The notes under the pieces were generated by a model, which did not search any database, was not told the DNA's origin, and worked only from the letters and a program-made list of their open reading frames with translations. Of a stretch of 64,000 nt of DNA, positions 1 through 11,625 are shown piece after piece (position 1 is the stretch's first letter; each line of letters begins with the position of its first letter). This DNA is from Lama guanicoe (lineage: Eukaryota). The stretch covers positions 2,353,603 through 2,417,602 of the forward strand of contig MU057051.1 of assembly GCA_013239625.1 (NCBI GenBank), in the 5' to 3' direction. The position numbers and the translations under genes are program-made.

Positions 1-349
1 GTGGGGGGAGAAAATCCTGTCAAACCTGCTAATTGCCCGTTTACTTCAGTCTCAGATTTGAGAGAGCGGCTTCTGAATGGTCTTATGTGTTCTGGAAATG
101 CTACGATTAGTCAGCCTGTTTGGGCCACAGTGTTCTGGAGCAAGAACCACCGTGTGGGAAATAATATGACTGACAGGGGAGAAACAAAAGTGTAGTTCTA
201 AATGACAAATTTCCTGAAAGCTCTTTATTAAAGGATTGTCTTGCTTTGACAACACTATGGAATGCCCAGACTGACTGGCCAGTTTTTTCATTTTTAAAAG
301 TTTTAGGTACCCAGTAAAAGCAGTGCTCTTCCCACTCCTGAAAATAATA

Positions 350-560
350 GCCGCTGCTTACTGAGCAGTGGCTGTGTCCCAGGCGCTCTGCTACGTGTTG
401 TGCGCGCAGGCCTGTGAGGGGCAGGTATTACCCTTGGCCCCATGTACACAGAGGTGAACCGAAGTTCTGCAAGGTTAAGTCGTTTACCTACTGATGATCC
501 CTTTGTTACTAAGTAGTGCAGCTGGGACTCAAGCCCAGGGGTGCAGGACTCTAAGTCCCA
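350..560 (-). mobile_element. MIR SINE (ancient, degenerate)
   Basis: Reverse MIR core 'cccatgtacacagaggtgaaccgaagttctgcaaggttaagt', resembling 'cccattttacagatgaggaaactgaggc...'. Confidence 0.7.
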
Positions 561-2004
561 GAGGCTCACTCCTGAGGGTTCTAATGTCAGCCTGTGTGTA
601 TAGTCAGAACCATCTCTGAAAATCTCTCAATCACTCATAACGTAAGTGTTCAGCCAATATTTCCCCCAGTCTGTCATCAGATGAAGGCATTTCCTTCCGT
701 TTAGGGACCAGGCTGTGTGTCTTTGCGTGCTCGAATCATAGCCGGTGCAGCAAGAGGCTCGCACGACAAAGGACAAGCAGGGGGACAGTGGGCCCCTCCT
801 GCTTCACACCCGCAGTGGGCACGTGCTCACCGAGCTGCCTGGTGAGTGGAACCATCCCCTTGCTCATTATTATTCTTTTTTCCCCTCTCTCTTGAGCTTG
901 CTCACTGTTTGGTTGTTTTCCAAGCACCTGTAATTGAGTTCTTTCAAGTTAAACGCATCTAGGAAGAGATTTCCCCTAAGTTATCCCCCAAGTTCCCAGC
1001 TGACAAATGAAGCAAACAAAAAACAAAAAAAAGTTTTAGGCTCTCATGGGCTAGTGTTCTGTCTTTCTCAAGCCGTGAATTTTGCTCGTGAGCTTCTTTA
1101 ATGGGTGTCCTCTGACTGCTTTGCTCCCCCATCGCCCACCACACTCACCCTGAGCCTGTGCTCACGCCATACACTCATTCCACAAACACTGACTGCACAC
1201 CATGCCCAGACTTCGGGGATGAACAAGGCACAGGACCTTATCTTGAGGAGCCACATCTCCTTCAGAGGAATAGACAGGAGAGAACCAATGGCTGCAAAAC
1301 AGGTTGAACATTTGCTGGGCTTGCAGTAAGCTGACACAGTCCAAACACCTAACCTAATTGTGGGGCTGCCCTGATTTAGCACCAAATTCCAACAGTCCAG
1401 GAGATGATCCCTTCTTCCTGGTGAATCAGGACAGCTGGCCATCCTACACCCAGCCTGAGGAGATGCTGAAGGGATGCTCCAGGTGAGCCTGAGCCAAAGA
1501 GTAAGACTCCTCCAGGCACATAAAGGAGAAAGAGAGGAGGAGTTAGGCAGAGGGATGGAGACAAGCAAAGGGATGGTGGCAATAGAGAGTGACATGGGTA
1601 GAGGAGGGGGTCTATGTCAAGAAGGTAGGGGAGGAGGCACCACATCTGTCCTCAGTTACCCTGTGGGTTGTCTGTTCACTGGAGCCTATTTCTAGGAAGA
1701 ACAGGGAAATCCTGGGTGTCTGATACTTGGGAGGCCCTTTGCTAAAGTTTGGAGGATGAAGAGAAGCATGTTGTATGGTGCATACCTGCTTTGGGTCCAG
1801 TGGTCCCCGTCCCGCCCTGCACCCCACAGCGTGGGCTTCAGAACTTCTCATTGTTGCTTAAATTCACACCTCTAATCTGCATGCTGAGTAGCCACAATGC
1901 CTTTGAGAAGAGGTCCCAGGCTAAGCTCACTTTCCCCTCACAGGAAGGCAGCACTGGGTGTCTGTGGGCTCTCCCACCTACCACCTGGCCAGCTCTGGGC
2001 CTTC

Positions 2005-2120
2005 TCTGATCCTCAGTCATCTATAAAACGGGGATGGCAATAGCTTCCTAGTAGCGGGGCGTGAGGGTCAAATAGGACAGTGTCTGCACAAGTGCCTGGT
2101 ACAGGGCTCAGCATGCGTAC
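2005..2120 (+). mobile_element. MIR fragment
   Basis: 'cctcagtcatctataaaacgggatggcaatag...aagtgcctggtacag' matches the MIR core and 3' part. Confidence 0.65.
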
Positions 2121-2399
2121 GTGTGAGGAGGAAATGACATTCAAGCTGAATCTCTGTGAAGCAGTTCTGCAGGTGAAGGAGGAGGGGAAGGACACCCAGA
2201 AAACTTGGGTCATCACGTTTGAAGGCATGGAGCCCTGAAGCAGCCTGTGACCTAGGAGAGCGGTGAATGGTGCACGTGGCTGCTGTGCGGGACCTTCTCC
2301 CCCACCTCTACCCTAAGCCTGCCCACCCCCCAGTGCTCCCTGATCCCGTGAATACCTAGTCTTCAGAGCCATCGTGGACACCTGCCTTTCTTCACCTCT

Positions 2400-2960
2400 C
2401 ATAATAAAATGGTCACCCTTTGCTATTGACACTGCCTCCTAAGTCTCCCTTGAACCTGCTTTCATCCACCCTCACCCCCAACCGGTGGACCATTAGCTCT
2501 CTTTTGGCCACTGACCTCCCACAGGGTCCCTGCTTCCACTCTCATCTTCTCCCAGTCCGTTCTGCATACCAGCAAACAGAGTGATCCCTGGGTCATGCAA
2601 AACTGATGCTGGCATTTCCCCACCAACTCCTTTCCATGTACTCCTAGCTTCTTGGAGAACTCGCCACAGACAACCCTTGGCCTGCAGTGAGAGTGCTGAA
2701 TGATGTAGTCCTGCCTGCTTTCCAGCTGCCCTTTGAGCTACACTCCTTCCTCCACACCTTCCTGCCTCGGTGGGCGGCTTTGCTCAGTTCCTAGAATGCA
2801 TCTTGCTCTTTCGCCACCCAGAAACTTGACTTACAACCCACTTCCTCCCCATGAGCCTAGTTACCTCCTGTTCATCATTCAGGTTTTAGCACATATGTCA
2901 CTTCCTCATGTGCTCTATAGCATTCTCAGCTTGCGTATTCCATTCGCATCTAATTTTAGT
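2400..2960 (+). mobile_element. L2 LINE 3' fragment
   Basis: 'cagtccgttctgcataccagcaaacagagtgatc' and the pyrimidine-rich tail are typical of the L2 3' region. Confidence 0.55.
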
Positions 2961-2992
2961 TAAGTATCTTTGAATTTGGAGGACTTCCTTTG

Positions 2993-3258
2993 AGAGGCAG
3001 CGTAACCCAATGGTAGGAGCGTGAGCTCAGGGAGCCAGGGTGCCTGGGCTCAGAACCTGGCGCTGACCCTCACTGGCTCTGTGACCTTGGGCAGGTTTTT
3101 TGCCCACCTTGTATCTCAGTTTCCCCATCAGTACAAAGGGAAAATAATAGTATCCGTCTCAGTGGATTGTGAAGATTGAATGAGTTAATACTTGAAAAGC
3201 CCTTACTGGCACTGTGCCTGGCCCATAATAGGAAGCTATGTAAGCATTTGTTACATAA
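2993..3258 (+). mobile_element. Near full-length MIR
   Basis: 'gctctgtgaccttgggcagg...tctcagtttccccatcagtacaaaggg...ttgtgaagattgaatgagttaata...cctggcccataatagga'. Confidence 0.85.
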
Positions 3259-4059
3259 ATGACTTGCTCTCACGCATTTTGCTCACACCTCTGGTGCCCA
3301 GTGCACAGTGGATTATCAACAAATGGATTTGGAAAGGAACAACATGTGATGAAGAAAGAGTTGAAATGCCAAGGACAGAACCTCATTACCTCTGCCCATG
3401 CCCATTTGAATGACAGGCCAAAAGACAGGGTCCGGGGTGGGTCTTCCTCGGTTTCAGTGGTCTGCCCTCTCGGGTAGACTCAACACCACTGCTAGATTCA
3501 CCCAAAATTTTCATAGAAATTTTCTCACACAGCTCAGTCCTCAAGATCAGAGCCCACGTTGGACATAAATTTAAAAAAAAGAATAAAACTCAAGGAGTGA
3601 TCTGGACTGTCTAAAAATGTCACTTTAAAATGCCCTTTACAAGCGTGGAGGAAATCAAGATATTTGATGAACAGTTAAATGTCCTAGAGAATAAATTAGA
3701 AAATACTCAGTTTTTTTGCTTCAATAGTATTTTTCACTGAGCTATTAAATTACCAAGACTGAGTAGGAAAAAAAGAGGACTCATTAAGAAAAAATGATTT
3801 AGGACAACTTGCTAAGAGATATTTTTACCCAGTGAGCATGGCATTATTGGAGACAGCTGTGCTCTTTCACTCCCCAAATTTACTTAAAGAATAGATGGAG
3901 AACCATCTTTCTACTTTATATCTGTGATTTATTTTGGGGAATGAAGTCTGTGTGCTGAATGGTGATACAGCAGTGAGAACGACACGGCTGACAGGCCTGG
4001 GTTCTGCCATCTTCCCAGACTGGAGGGTCCCCTCCCGCCCTCACCATGTCTCTATTGGG

Positions 4060-4096
4060 GTGTGTGTGTGTGTGCGCGCGCGTGTGCGTGTGTGTG
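4060..4096. repeat. (TG)n/(CG)n alternating purine-pyrimidine microsatellite
   Basis: gtgtgtgtgtgtgtgcgcgcgcgtgtgcgtgtgtgtg. Confidence 0.9.
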
Positions 4097-4310
4097 TTTT
4101 CCTGTGTGTGTGGATTTTCCAGGTGCAAAATCCCCATCTATCTTCAGGATCACAGGAGTCACTCTAAATCACAGTACCAGTGTGCCAATTGCTTATTTGC
4201 CAAATATCAGATCAGAGCCCCCTAGAGTTGGAGGGAGTTTTAGAATAGCTCTCCCCAGCTGCTATTTTACTGGTCTGTAAAACTTTTGTTACAAATGGTC
4301 CCTTCTTAGT

Positions 4311-4430
4311 GGGGAGGGTATAGCTCAAGTGGTAAAGCATGTGCTTAGCGTGCACCAAGTCCTGGGTTCAATCCCCAGTACCTCCCCTAAAAATAAATGA
4401 ATTACCTCCCCCCAACAAAAAGCAAACAAA
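4311..4430 (+). mobile_element. Vic-1-type camelid tRNA-Ala-derived SINE
   Basis: GGGGAGGGTATAGCTCAAGTGG...GGTTCAATCCCCAGTACCTCC followed by an A-rich tail; A-box and B-box recognisable. Confidence 0.9.
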
Positions 4431-5529
4431 TGAAAGATCTCTCCTTACTCTTTAAAACTTGTCATTTGGCACGAGTATTAGCTACTTTAATTAGTTCGTA
4501 CAACTTACACTTCATTTCAGTAATGATAAACATGGATTAAAGTTCACTTCAAAACTCCCTTTCTGAAGAATGTAGTTGATTAGCTTTGAAGAATTTAGTA
4601 AATGCTGGTTCTGTACCCACATCGTTTTGTCAGTGGGGATATCATGCTTAAAGGTGGAAATCACACTCATCACCCAGATTCCCACCTCTGCCACACTCCC
4701 AAGGGCTCCCCTAACACACCCCTACCCGAGGCTATAAGGCTGGCTGGGGTCTGATAAATCACCCCCAATCTGTGCTGGGCTCAGGGTGAGAAGCTCATTG
4801 TTCAAAGAGGTCTGGTTAGTGGTAGAGCCTCAAGAGTAGATTTCCTGACTTCTAACCCTGAACCCTTTCAAAAGTCCCCAAACCCAAGGTGAGAAACTGG
4901 TGCTGATCATTAGCGTAACGGCACACCACCAAGTCTTCAACTTGCTGTGGATGTGTACCTTAGAATGTTGCCTCCGAAACACAGGATGGACTTACCAGGG
5001 GGTGGGAGGGGCCCCCGGGGTCTGTGGTCTTCTGCTGCCCCCAGGAACACAGCTCAGTGTGCGTTGACCCAGAGGTCTAGTGACCACAAAAGCTCCACGT
5101 ACCTGCTAGGTGACCTGCCTGCTTTTCATGAGTTGTTCTTACCCTTACAACCTAAGAGGTGGGGGTTACGTGTCCATTTTACAGATGAAGCAGTAAGGCC
5201 CAGAGAGGTTAGGTAACTTATTGAAGATGCGGGTCTGCCTAACTCCGAAACCAGAGGATGCTCTTCCCATCTAAGCAGACTCCACACAAGTAGACAGCCT
5301 GTCCAAAGGTGGCCCGGCTGTACGCAGAAGAGAGGGATAGAGAACTAGCTGGAGAGGGAAGACGAGGTCATTGGAAGCTTTCCCCCAGTTCATTTTATGA
5401 TGATTTTTAAAGAGAACACTGGCAGTGCATGGACAAGCTCTGAGAGGGGACAGGAGGAAGGGCTCCTCTTAGCTGCCTCTGGGGTAGAAACCAGGAGGCC
5501 GGGGGCTAGGATGGGAGACACAAGTTTTC

Positions 5530-6210
5530 AATCACACACTGTTTTGTACCTTTTATAATTATGTACATGTGAACGTATTACCTTATTAAAGTTAATACAA
5601 TTTAAATTTAAAAAAGGAAAGAAGAGAACAATAATGCATGCACTTGCGGAAGAACTTAATCCGCACAAACAGCATACGGAGCACAGCGACAGGTCTCCTT
5701 CTTCCGACCCCAGGCCTTCCTGCCCCTGTCCCGAGTCAGCCGCTGCTATTCTAGACATTTTATGCACATGCAGGCACACAGGTACACACGACCTCTTTTT
5801 GCAAAGTTAGATTAGGCCATCCATACTGGATGGCATCTTGTTTTTTCACCTCATACATCTTGGAGGATACGCCACATCAGTACATACAGGTCTACTTCAT
5901 CCATTTGAAAGCCTGCCTCGCATTTCTCTTCTGTGAATGTACCAAGGTTTGTTTATGCATTGCCTTGTTAATGGACATTTAAAGTGTTTCCAGTCTTTTG
6001 CTACTGTAAATAACCCGGCAGTGAATATTCTTAGTATGTCCTTCCACACATGTGCAGTTAGTCTGTAAGATAAACATTTAGGGATGCAATTGTGGGATCA
6101 AAGGATATTGGTGTGTCTTTGATTTTTAAAAATAGTACGTGCAGTTTAAAATTTGAGAGCTATTGCCATGTCGTTTCCTGAAGAGGTTTTGTACAATTAC
6201 GCTTCCACCA
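5530..6210. mobile_element. Old L1M/L1ME 3' fragments (short + piece, then a - strand piece)
   Basis: 'aatggacatttaaagtgtttccagtcttttgctactgtaaataac...gtgaatattctt' is a reverse L1ME 3' signature. Confidence 0.65.
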
Positions 6211-6419
6211 CAAGGCAGGAGGATGTTGGTTCTTCAGAAATAGGGAGAGTTTTCCAAAGAGGTGCAAACTTTCTATGGACGAGAAGTCTTTAGAGACACA
6301 GGGCAAGGGCTGTAAGGACTGGAGCTGTGGCCTCTCTGGGGCAGGGGTGGAACCAAGGAATTCCACGGGCATCTGCCCCTCTGCACGGGGACTGGGCATT
6401 CCCCCTCCAGTCAGTCTGT

Positions 6420-6750
6420 GGATGTTTACGGAACATCCACTGTGCACCACGTACTTTACTGGGAGCTAGAAAGATGACCAGGAATCAAAGACACTGGACC
6501 TGGCCCCTCAAGAAGCTTGTGAGGTACTTGGGCCGTGAAGAAATCCCTACGAGAGGAGAGGCGACAGTACACAGCCGAGAGCCCAGGTTCTAAGTGAGGC
6601 TCATGGACAGTACGAGTCTTTGTAGTTCAGGGGGAGTCAGACCACTTTTGGCTGGTGTGTGCTTGGGAAGGCTTCTCTGAGCAAGCAGAATTTGATGCTA
6701 ACCTTGAAGAATGAAGGACCTTGCTGGGCCAAGAGGAAGAAGGTGGGTGT
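6420..6750 (-). mobile_element. L2 fragment
   Basis: 'catccactgtgcaccacgtactttactgggagctag...ctggcccctcaagaagctt...ggaaggcttctctgag'. Confidence 0.55.
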
Positions 6751-6914
6751 TAGAGGTGGGAAACAGATTCTTAATTATTAAGCAACAATTAATTTGTGCT
6801 GACAGCATGCCAGATGAATGCAGGACGTTCACTCATTTGTTTAAGCAACAAGTCCTGCATGCCTTCTGTGGGCCAGGCCTGTCCTAGGAGACGGGGGAAC
6901 TTAGAATCTAGGCA

Positions 6915-7040
6915 CTTTCATACATGTATGCCCCATTTTACAGAGAAGCAAACTGAGGCCCAGGGAGGTTAAATGACTTGCCCAAGGTCACCCAGCTGGT
7001 AAGTGGCAAAACTGGGGGTTTAATGTTGGTTTTCTGATTC
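6915..7040 (-). mobile_element. MIR
   Basis: 'ccccattttacagagaagcaaactgaggcccagggaggttaaatgacttgcccaaggtcac'. Confidence 0.85.
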
Positions 7041-8242
7041 TAATTGGGGTGCATTCTCTTGCTAATCGCTGCAGAGTGAAGGTATAGCAGGAAAAACGCA
7101 CAAAACCCGTTTGGGAGATAAAATACAGGTCAGTTTATGAAAAACAAATTAGGCATCAGACCTGAGGTCTATTCTAGTTATCCAAACCACATACCCCTAT
7201 ATAACAAAACAATCTGTAAGAAAAGATGACATTTCTGTGGTCTAAAATTTCATGCCTCATGCAAATGGTGTTAATTTTTTTCCTGCAAATTACAATCTGC
7301 ATTGACATTATTAAGGAAATCACATGGACCCAGCAGAAAATGAAGAATCCAATTGATAATTTTTATTGTTGTAGAAGTCCTTCGTAGGCGGGCTGGGCAG
7401 AGACCCAATTTCATTTGCTTGCAATATTGCAAACACTGCTAATTGCCTGTCCTTAGTAAAGGATAGAGACAAAGGAACAATCAAAGGTATTTATTAGAAA
7501 TTCTGTTTGGACAAATTAGCTTCACATTTCAGTGGCCTCCATCTCGGTTCAGACCTCCCAAACTCCACACATTAGTGTTAATAACTGACAATCATGACTT
7601 CACCTTTCCTACTGTTTGTACAGTTGTTTCTGGCAATGTTGTAAAGTACCATTGAATTGATTATTTTCAGGCTGACTTTTTATTTTTTCTGCAGAGCTTG
7701 AACTATTAGTGCATTGCCATTCAATCCAATTTAGTAGTTATGACAGTTGGAATAACTACATTGCATCTTAATGTGTGTGCCTCATGCATAAATCACATTG
7801 TTTGCCAAGCAATAATGAGCAGAGAAGCTGCTAGGAGACTGGGAATCAGTGCTCAATAGACAACGGGATCTTATAGATTGGAAGGTGGGAATTCACTGAA
7901 CACCTGAGAGTCCAGTGAACTCTGGCTTCAACTCAGGGGCCCAGAGCCCATCAGAATGTGGGCCACATGGTCGGTGCTTAATGGATCTTTATTGACATGG
8001 CATCCTTTTAATGTTTATAAAAGTTGCCTTAACTCTCTAGTCTGATGCATGTTTTCTTTCTCTCTCTTTCTCATTCATTCATTCGTTCATTCTTGAAAAC
8101 TCAGTGCTGTTGAAGGTATAAAGAATCATGCATAGTGTTTGCCTACTGAAGTATATTCCTGTAAAGGCTACAAAACCACTGCCCACTAATTCTAGTAGTA
8201 CGAGGTGAGGAGTAGTCTACGGCATGAAAGCATTGCCCTTGG

Positions 8243-8460
8243 GAGAGGTGGCATGTGATAAACTTAGAACCAGACTCTAAGTTCAACTCTTGGCTCCTTC
8301 ACTTACCAACCATATGACCTTGGGCAACTTGCATTAACCTCCCTAAGTCCTAGTTTTCTCATCTGTGAGGCAGGGATAAATCACACTTCATGATGGGGTT
8401 GTTAGAGGGTAAAATGCCTGGACTCAGCTCAAGAAATGCAAGTTGTTATTATTATTATTA
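8243..8460 (+). mobile_element. MIR
   Basis: 'atgaccttgggcaacttgcattaacctccctaagtcctagttttctcatctgtga'. Confidence 0.8.
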
Positions 8461-9809
8461 TAATTAATTCTCAGAGTTCAGTCATTACTTCTAGCTCGGC
8501 AACAAGGCAGGTGGTGGGGGTGGTTATCAGAGGTGACTTTAGGATGGGCCAGGCTTGCGTATGCTGAGCTGTGGGGAGGAGGCCGGCCTTTGGGGGACAG
8601 GAGCTAAAAGCCAGAGCCTGGGCAGATGGGTATGAGGTGAGTATAGGGTACAGCTCCCTCTGACTGGAGTGGGGAAAGTGAGAGGAGACTGAAAAAGTAG
8701 GTGAATCAGATCATGGAGGGGCTCGTGGATCCCTGCAGACTGGCATGTGGTTCAAATTTTCCCCAAAGATCAGGCCAGTCCTCATAGGTCAAGGGGAAGT
8801 GATGTGGTGAAAATCTGTTGCTTGAGCCCTGGCCCTCCTGGAGATCATGTATTTTATGCTAAAAATGAAATTCTGTCACTGCTTAGCTGGGCAATTCCAT
8901 AAATTAAAGCAAGCAGAAAACATAGGCATTTCCCAACTTTTCATCATCCCTCTTGGAGAGTCTGTGGGAACATCCACCAGGGGTAGTCAGGGTAGGGACA
9001 TGTCTTCTAACAAGCTTAAAGGAGATGCGTTATCAATGATTTTGAAATCTTTTATTTTCCTCGGTGTGGAGTTTTGAGCCCTTTATGATGACACAGTGAA
9101 TATTTTCCCCCAAATTAATCGATTTCAAAAGCACTTTGGCTTGTAAAATGTCTGGGAGCCCCGCCTGCATCTCCTCTCTCTCAGCCATTTCCAGTTCTCT
9201 CTGCAGGAGCTGGTCCGTTGGGGATGAGCTTTCTGGAAACGTGGGGCCCAGTCCCTAGACTGTGGTGGGTGTCTCACCCCTGCTTCCTTCTTTCACTTCT
9301 TTCTTCAGCTGTAGCGGGACTCACAGAGCCTCAGAAGCACCTACCCCGTCCTAAGATATACCTTGGCAGAGAAAATCAAGGCAGGTTTTGTTAAAAGGGG
9401 TAGGAGATGGCAGAGCCCCTTTCTTCCCTGGAAGAAACGCTACAGACAACCAGCTGGCTTCGTCATCTAACACCTGTGGACTTCAGTTGAAGGGGAAAAA
9501 AATCTTTAAAAGGAAAAGCTGAAGGAGCTTGGTGGGGATGCGCTCACTCAGAGCTCAGCGAACACTGACTGCCTAGGAGCGCAGCGTGGTGCCACTGTGG
9601 TGCAGGACCGACTGCTCTGAGACAGTGCTGCTCTTGACGGACACAGAGTGAGTTAGAATGAGCCTGATTATTGTTGGAAGGCAGAAGACCCCTGGGCACA
9701 GTGCAATCCAACAGAAACACAAGGGCTACAGAGTTCAAGGCCGAATGGACTTTCCTCTGAACTGTCACCAGGCAGCAGCTGTAGCACATTTTATAGGCCC
9801 CCCTACAAA

Positions 9810-9965
9810 CATGCGGACACATGCCATCCATTTGATTCTGACCACAGCCCTGTGAAGAAGAAGCTCTCAGCTTTGTTTCATAGGTGGGGAAACTGAGGCT
9901 CAGGGAGGTTAAACAGCTTGTCCAAGATGTCACAGAGTTAGCACCTGGCAGAACCAGGGCTTCTG
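9810..9965 (-). mobile_element. MIR
   Basis: 'ataggtggggaaactgaggctcagggaggttaaacagcttgtccaagatgtcacag'. Confidence 0.8.
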
Positions 9966-11039
9966 AGAGGCCAACAGCTAAGCCTCCTCCGTGGCCCCAT
10001 GCCACTGTCTTGGGTATGCAGCCAGCCCAGTGGGGCCCAGACCAGCTGATGGGTTGACCCCCATGTATTCGATTCTTAGTGTGAATCGCTGTAACTCTTT
10101 GGGCCTCAGTTTACCCAGCTGCATGAAGGAGGGGACTGACTCCAACTTGCACCCATGATGCTAGCCCCAAAGGAAGGCATAACTTCTTGGCACACAGAAG
10201 AAATCAAGAGGAGCCAGCTTGTATTGCTTCTGGGAACTGTATCCCTTGCAGGATAGTCTGTAAAATGTGATATTAGACTAAATGGGACAGAAAAGGAAGC
10301 CTCCTTGTACCACATGTCTCCCCTGCACATCTCAGTAGGCTCTGCTCTGAGGGAACCTAGCCGGCCTTCTTCCTGCTTGAGCTCTGGGGGCCACCCGGCA
10401 TGCTGCTGTTCCAGAGACTTGGAGAACCTGGGCACCAGAGCAGACGGTTCTAGGCTGGAAGCTCAAGTCCATTACTTATTTCTGTGCTGATCACGTAGCC
10501 CAACTGAGACTCAGGGTCATCATCTGTGAAATGGGGGCACGTAGGAATACCCTTCTGCCAGGGTTGTTGTGAGAAGTGAGACAATGCATGGACTGTGCTT
10601 GGCATGCTGTCAGCATAAGTGTCCCCTACATGATCTGTCACTTTTATTGCTAATGTTTGTTCAGTGCTCACCCTGTGTGAGGCACTGTGCTGACCACTTT
10701 AAATTAACTCACTCAGCCCCTTTAAATGACATAATGCAAACGAAGAGCTTCACACAGTTCCTGGTCCACCGAAAGTGCTCACAGTGGTACTTATTGTAGT
10801 GTCTTGTCCAGGTAAACCTGCCCGGGCCTGGGCCCTGGCCTGGGAGCTGCTGTCATGGGGACCAAGTGCCATGATTTGGCTCACGTGGTCCTTCACCATC
10901 TCCCTTTGTTGTAAAGTCATTTATTGCTCAAGGCTTAGCACAGAGGCCACCTCCTCACAGGTCTGTGGTCACTGGTGGAGACAGACATGTGAACCAGCAG
11001 TTGCATTGTAGCTGCAGGGGTGCCTCAGCTGGGGGGAGT

Positions 11040-11625
11040 GTGAGGTGTGGTCACGGAAGCGGGAGGGGGACAGTCACCTCTGATTTGAAGGCCAGAGGGT
11101 CAGGGAAGGTGTGATGGAGAGAAGAGACTTGAGGTGGGTCTTGAAGGAAGAACAAGCAGAGGAGAGGAAGGAGGGCATATTCAGGAGGCTGTAAGTCCCT
11201 GGTGATGGCCAGTGAGCAGGCAGGGGGAGGGGGGAGGGCCTTGGTGGCCAGGCTAAGTTGTGTTTTCTCCAGAGGCCATGAAGAGCCATTTGATGGATGT
11301 TAAGCAGGGAAGAAACATGATTGACTCTGCCTCATCAGCAGATCACTAGGATTTCAGGGTGAAGGGTGGATGGGAGAGGGTGACCTGCTAAGGGCCTGGA
11401 GCAGGAGTGCAGGGAAGGGGGAGTCAGGGTGTGAAGAGGACAGCAGCGACAGGGATGTAGGGGAGGGAGGTGGTGAGATAGGTCAGCGAGTGAAGGTCGG
11501 CTGGACTTAGTGACTGGCTGGTGCAGAGTGAGGGAGAGAGAGCGTCCACACTGACTTCCAGCGCCCCGACTCGGGAAGGAATAACAAGGGAGAACTGAGA
11601 AGGGGCCGTTAGATGTGGTGTTTGA
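11040..11625 (-). mobile_element. L2 fragment
   Basis: 'tcagggaaggtgtgatggagagaagagacttgaggtgggtcttgaagga...ggatgttaagcagggaagaaacatgatt'. Confidence 0.65.
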
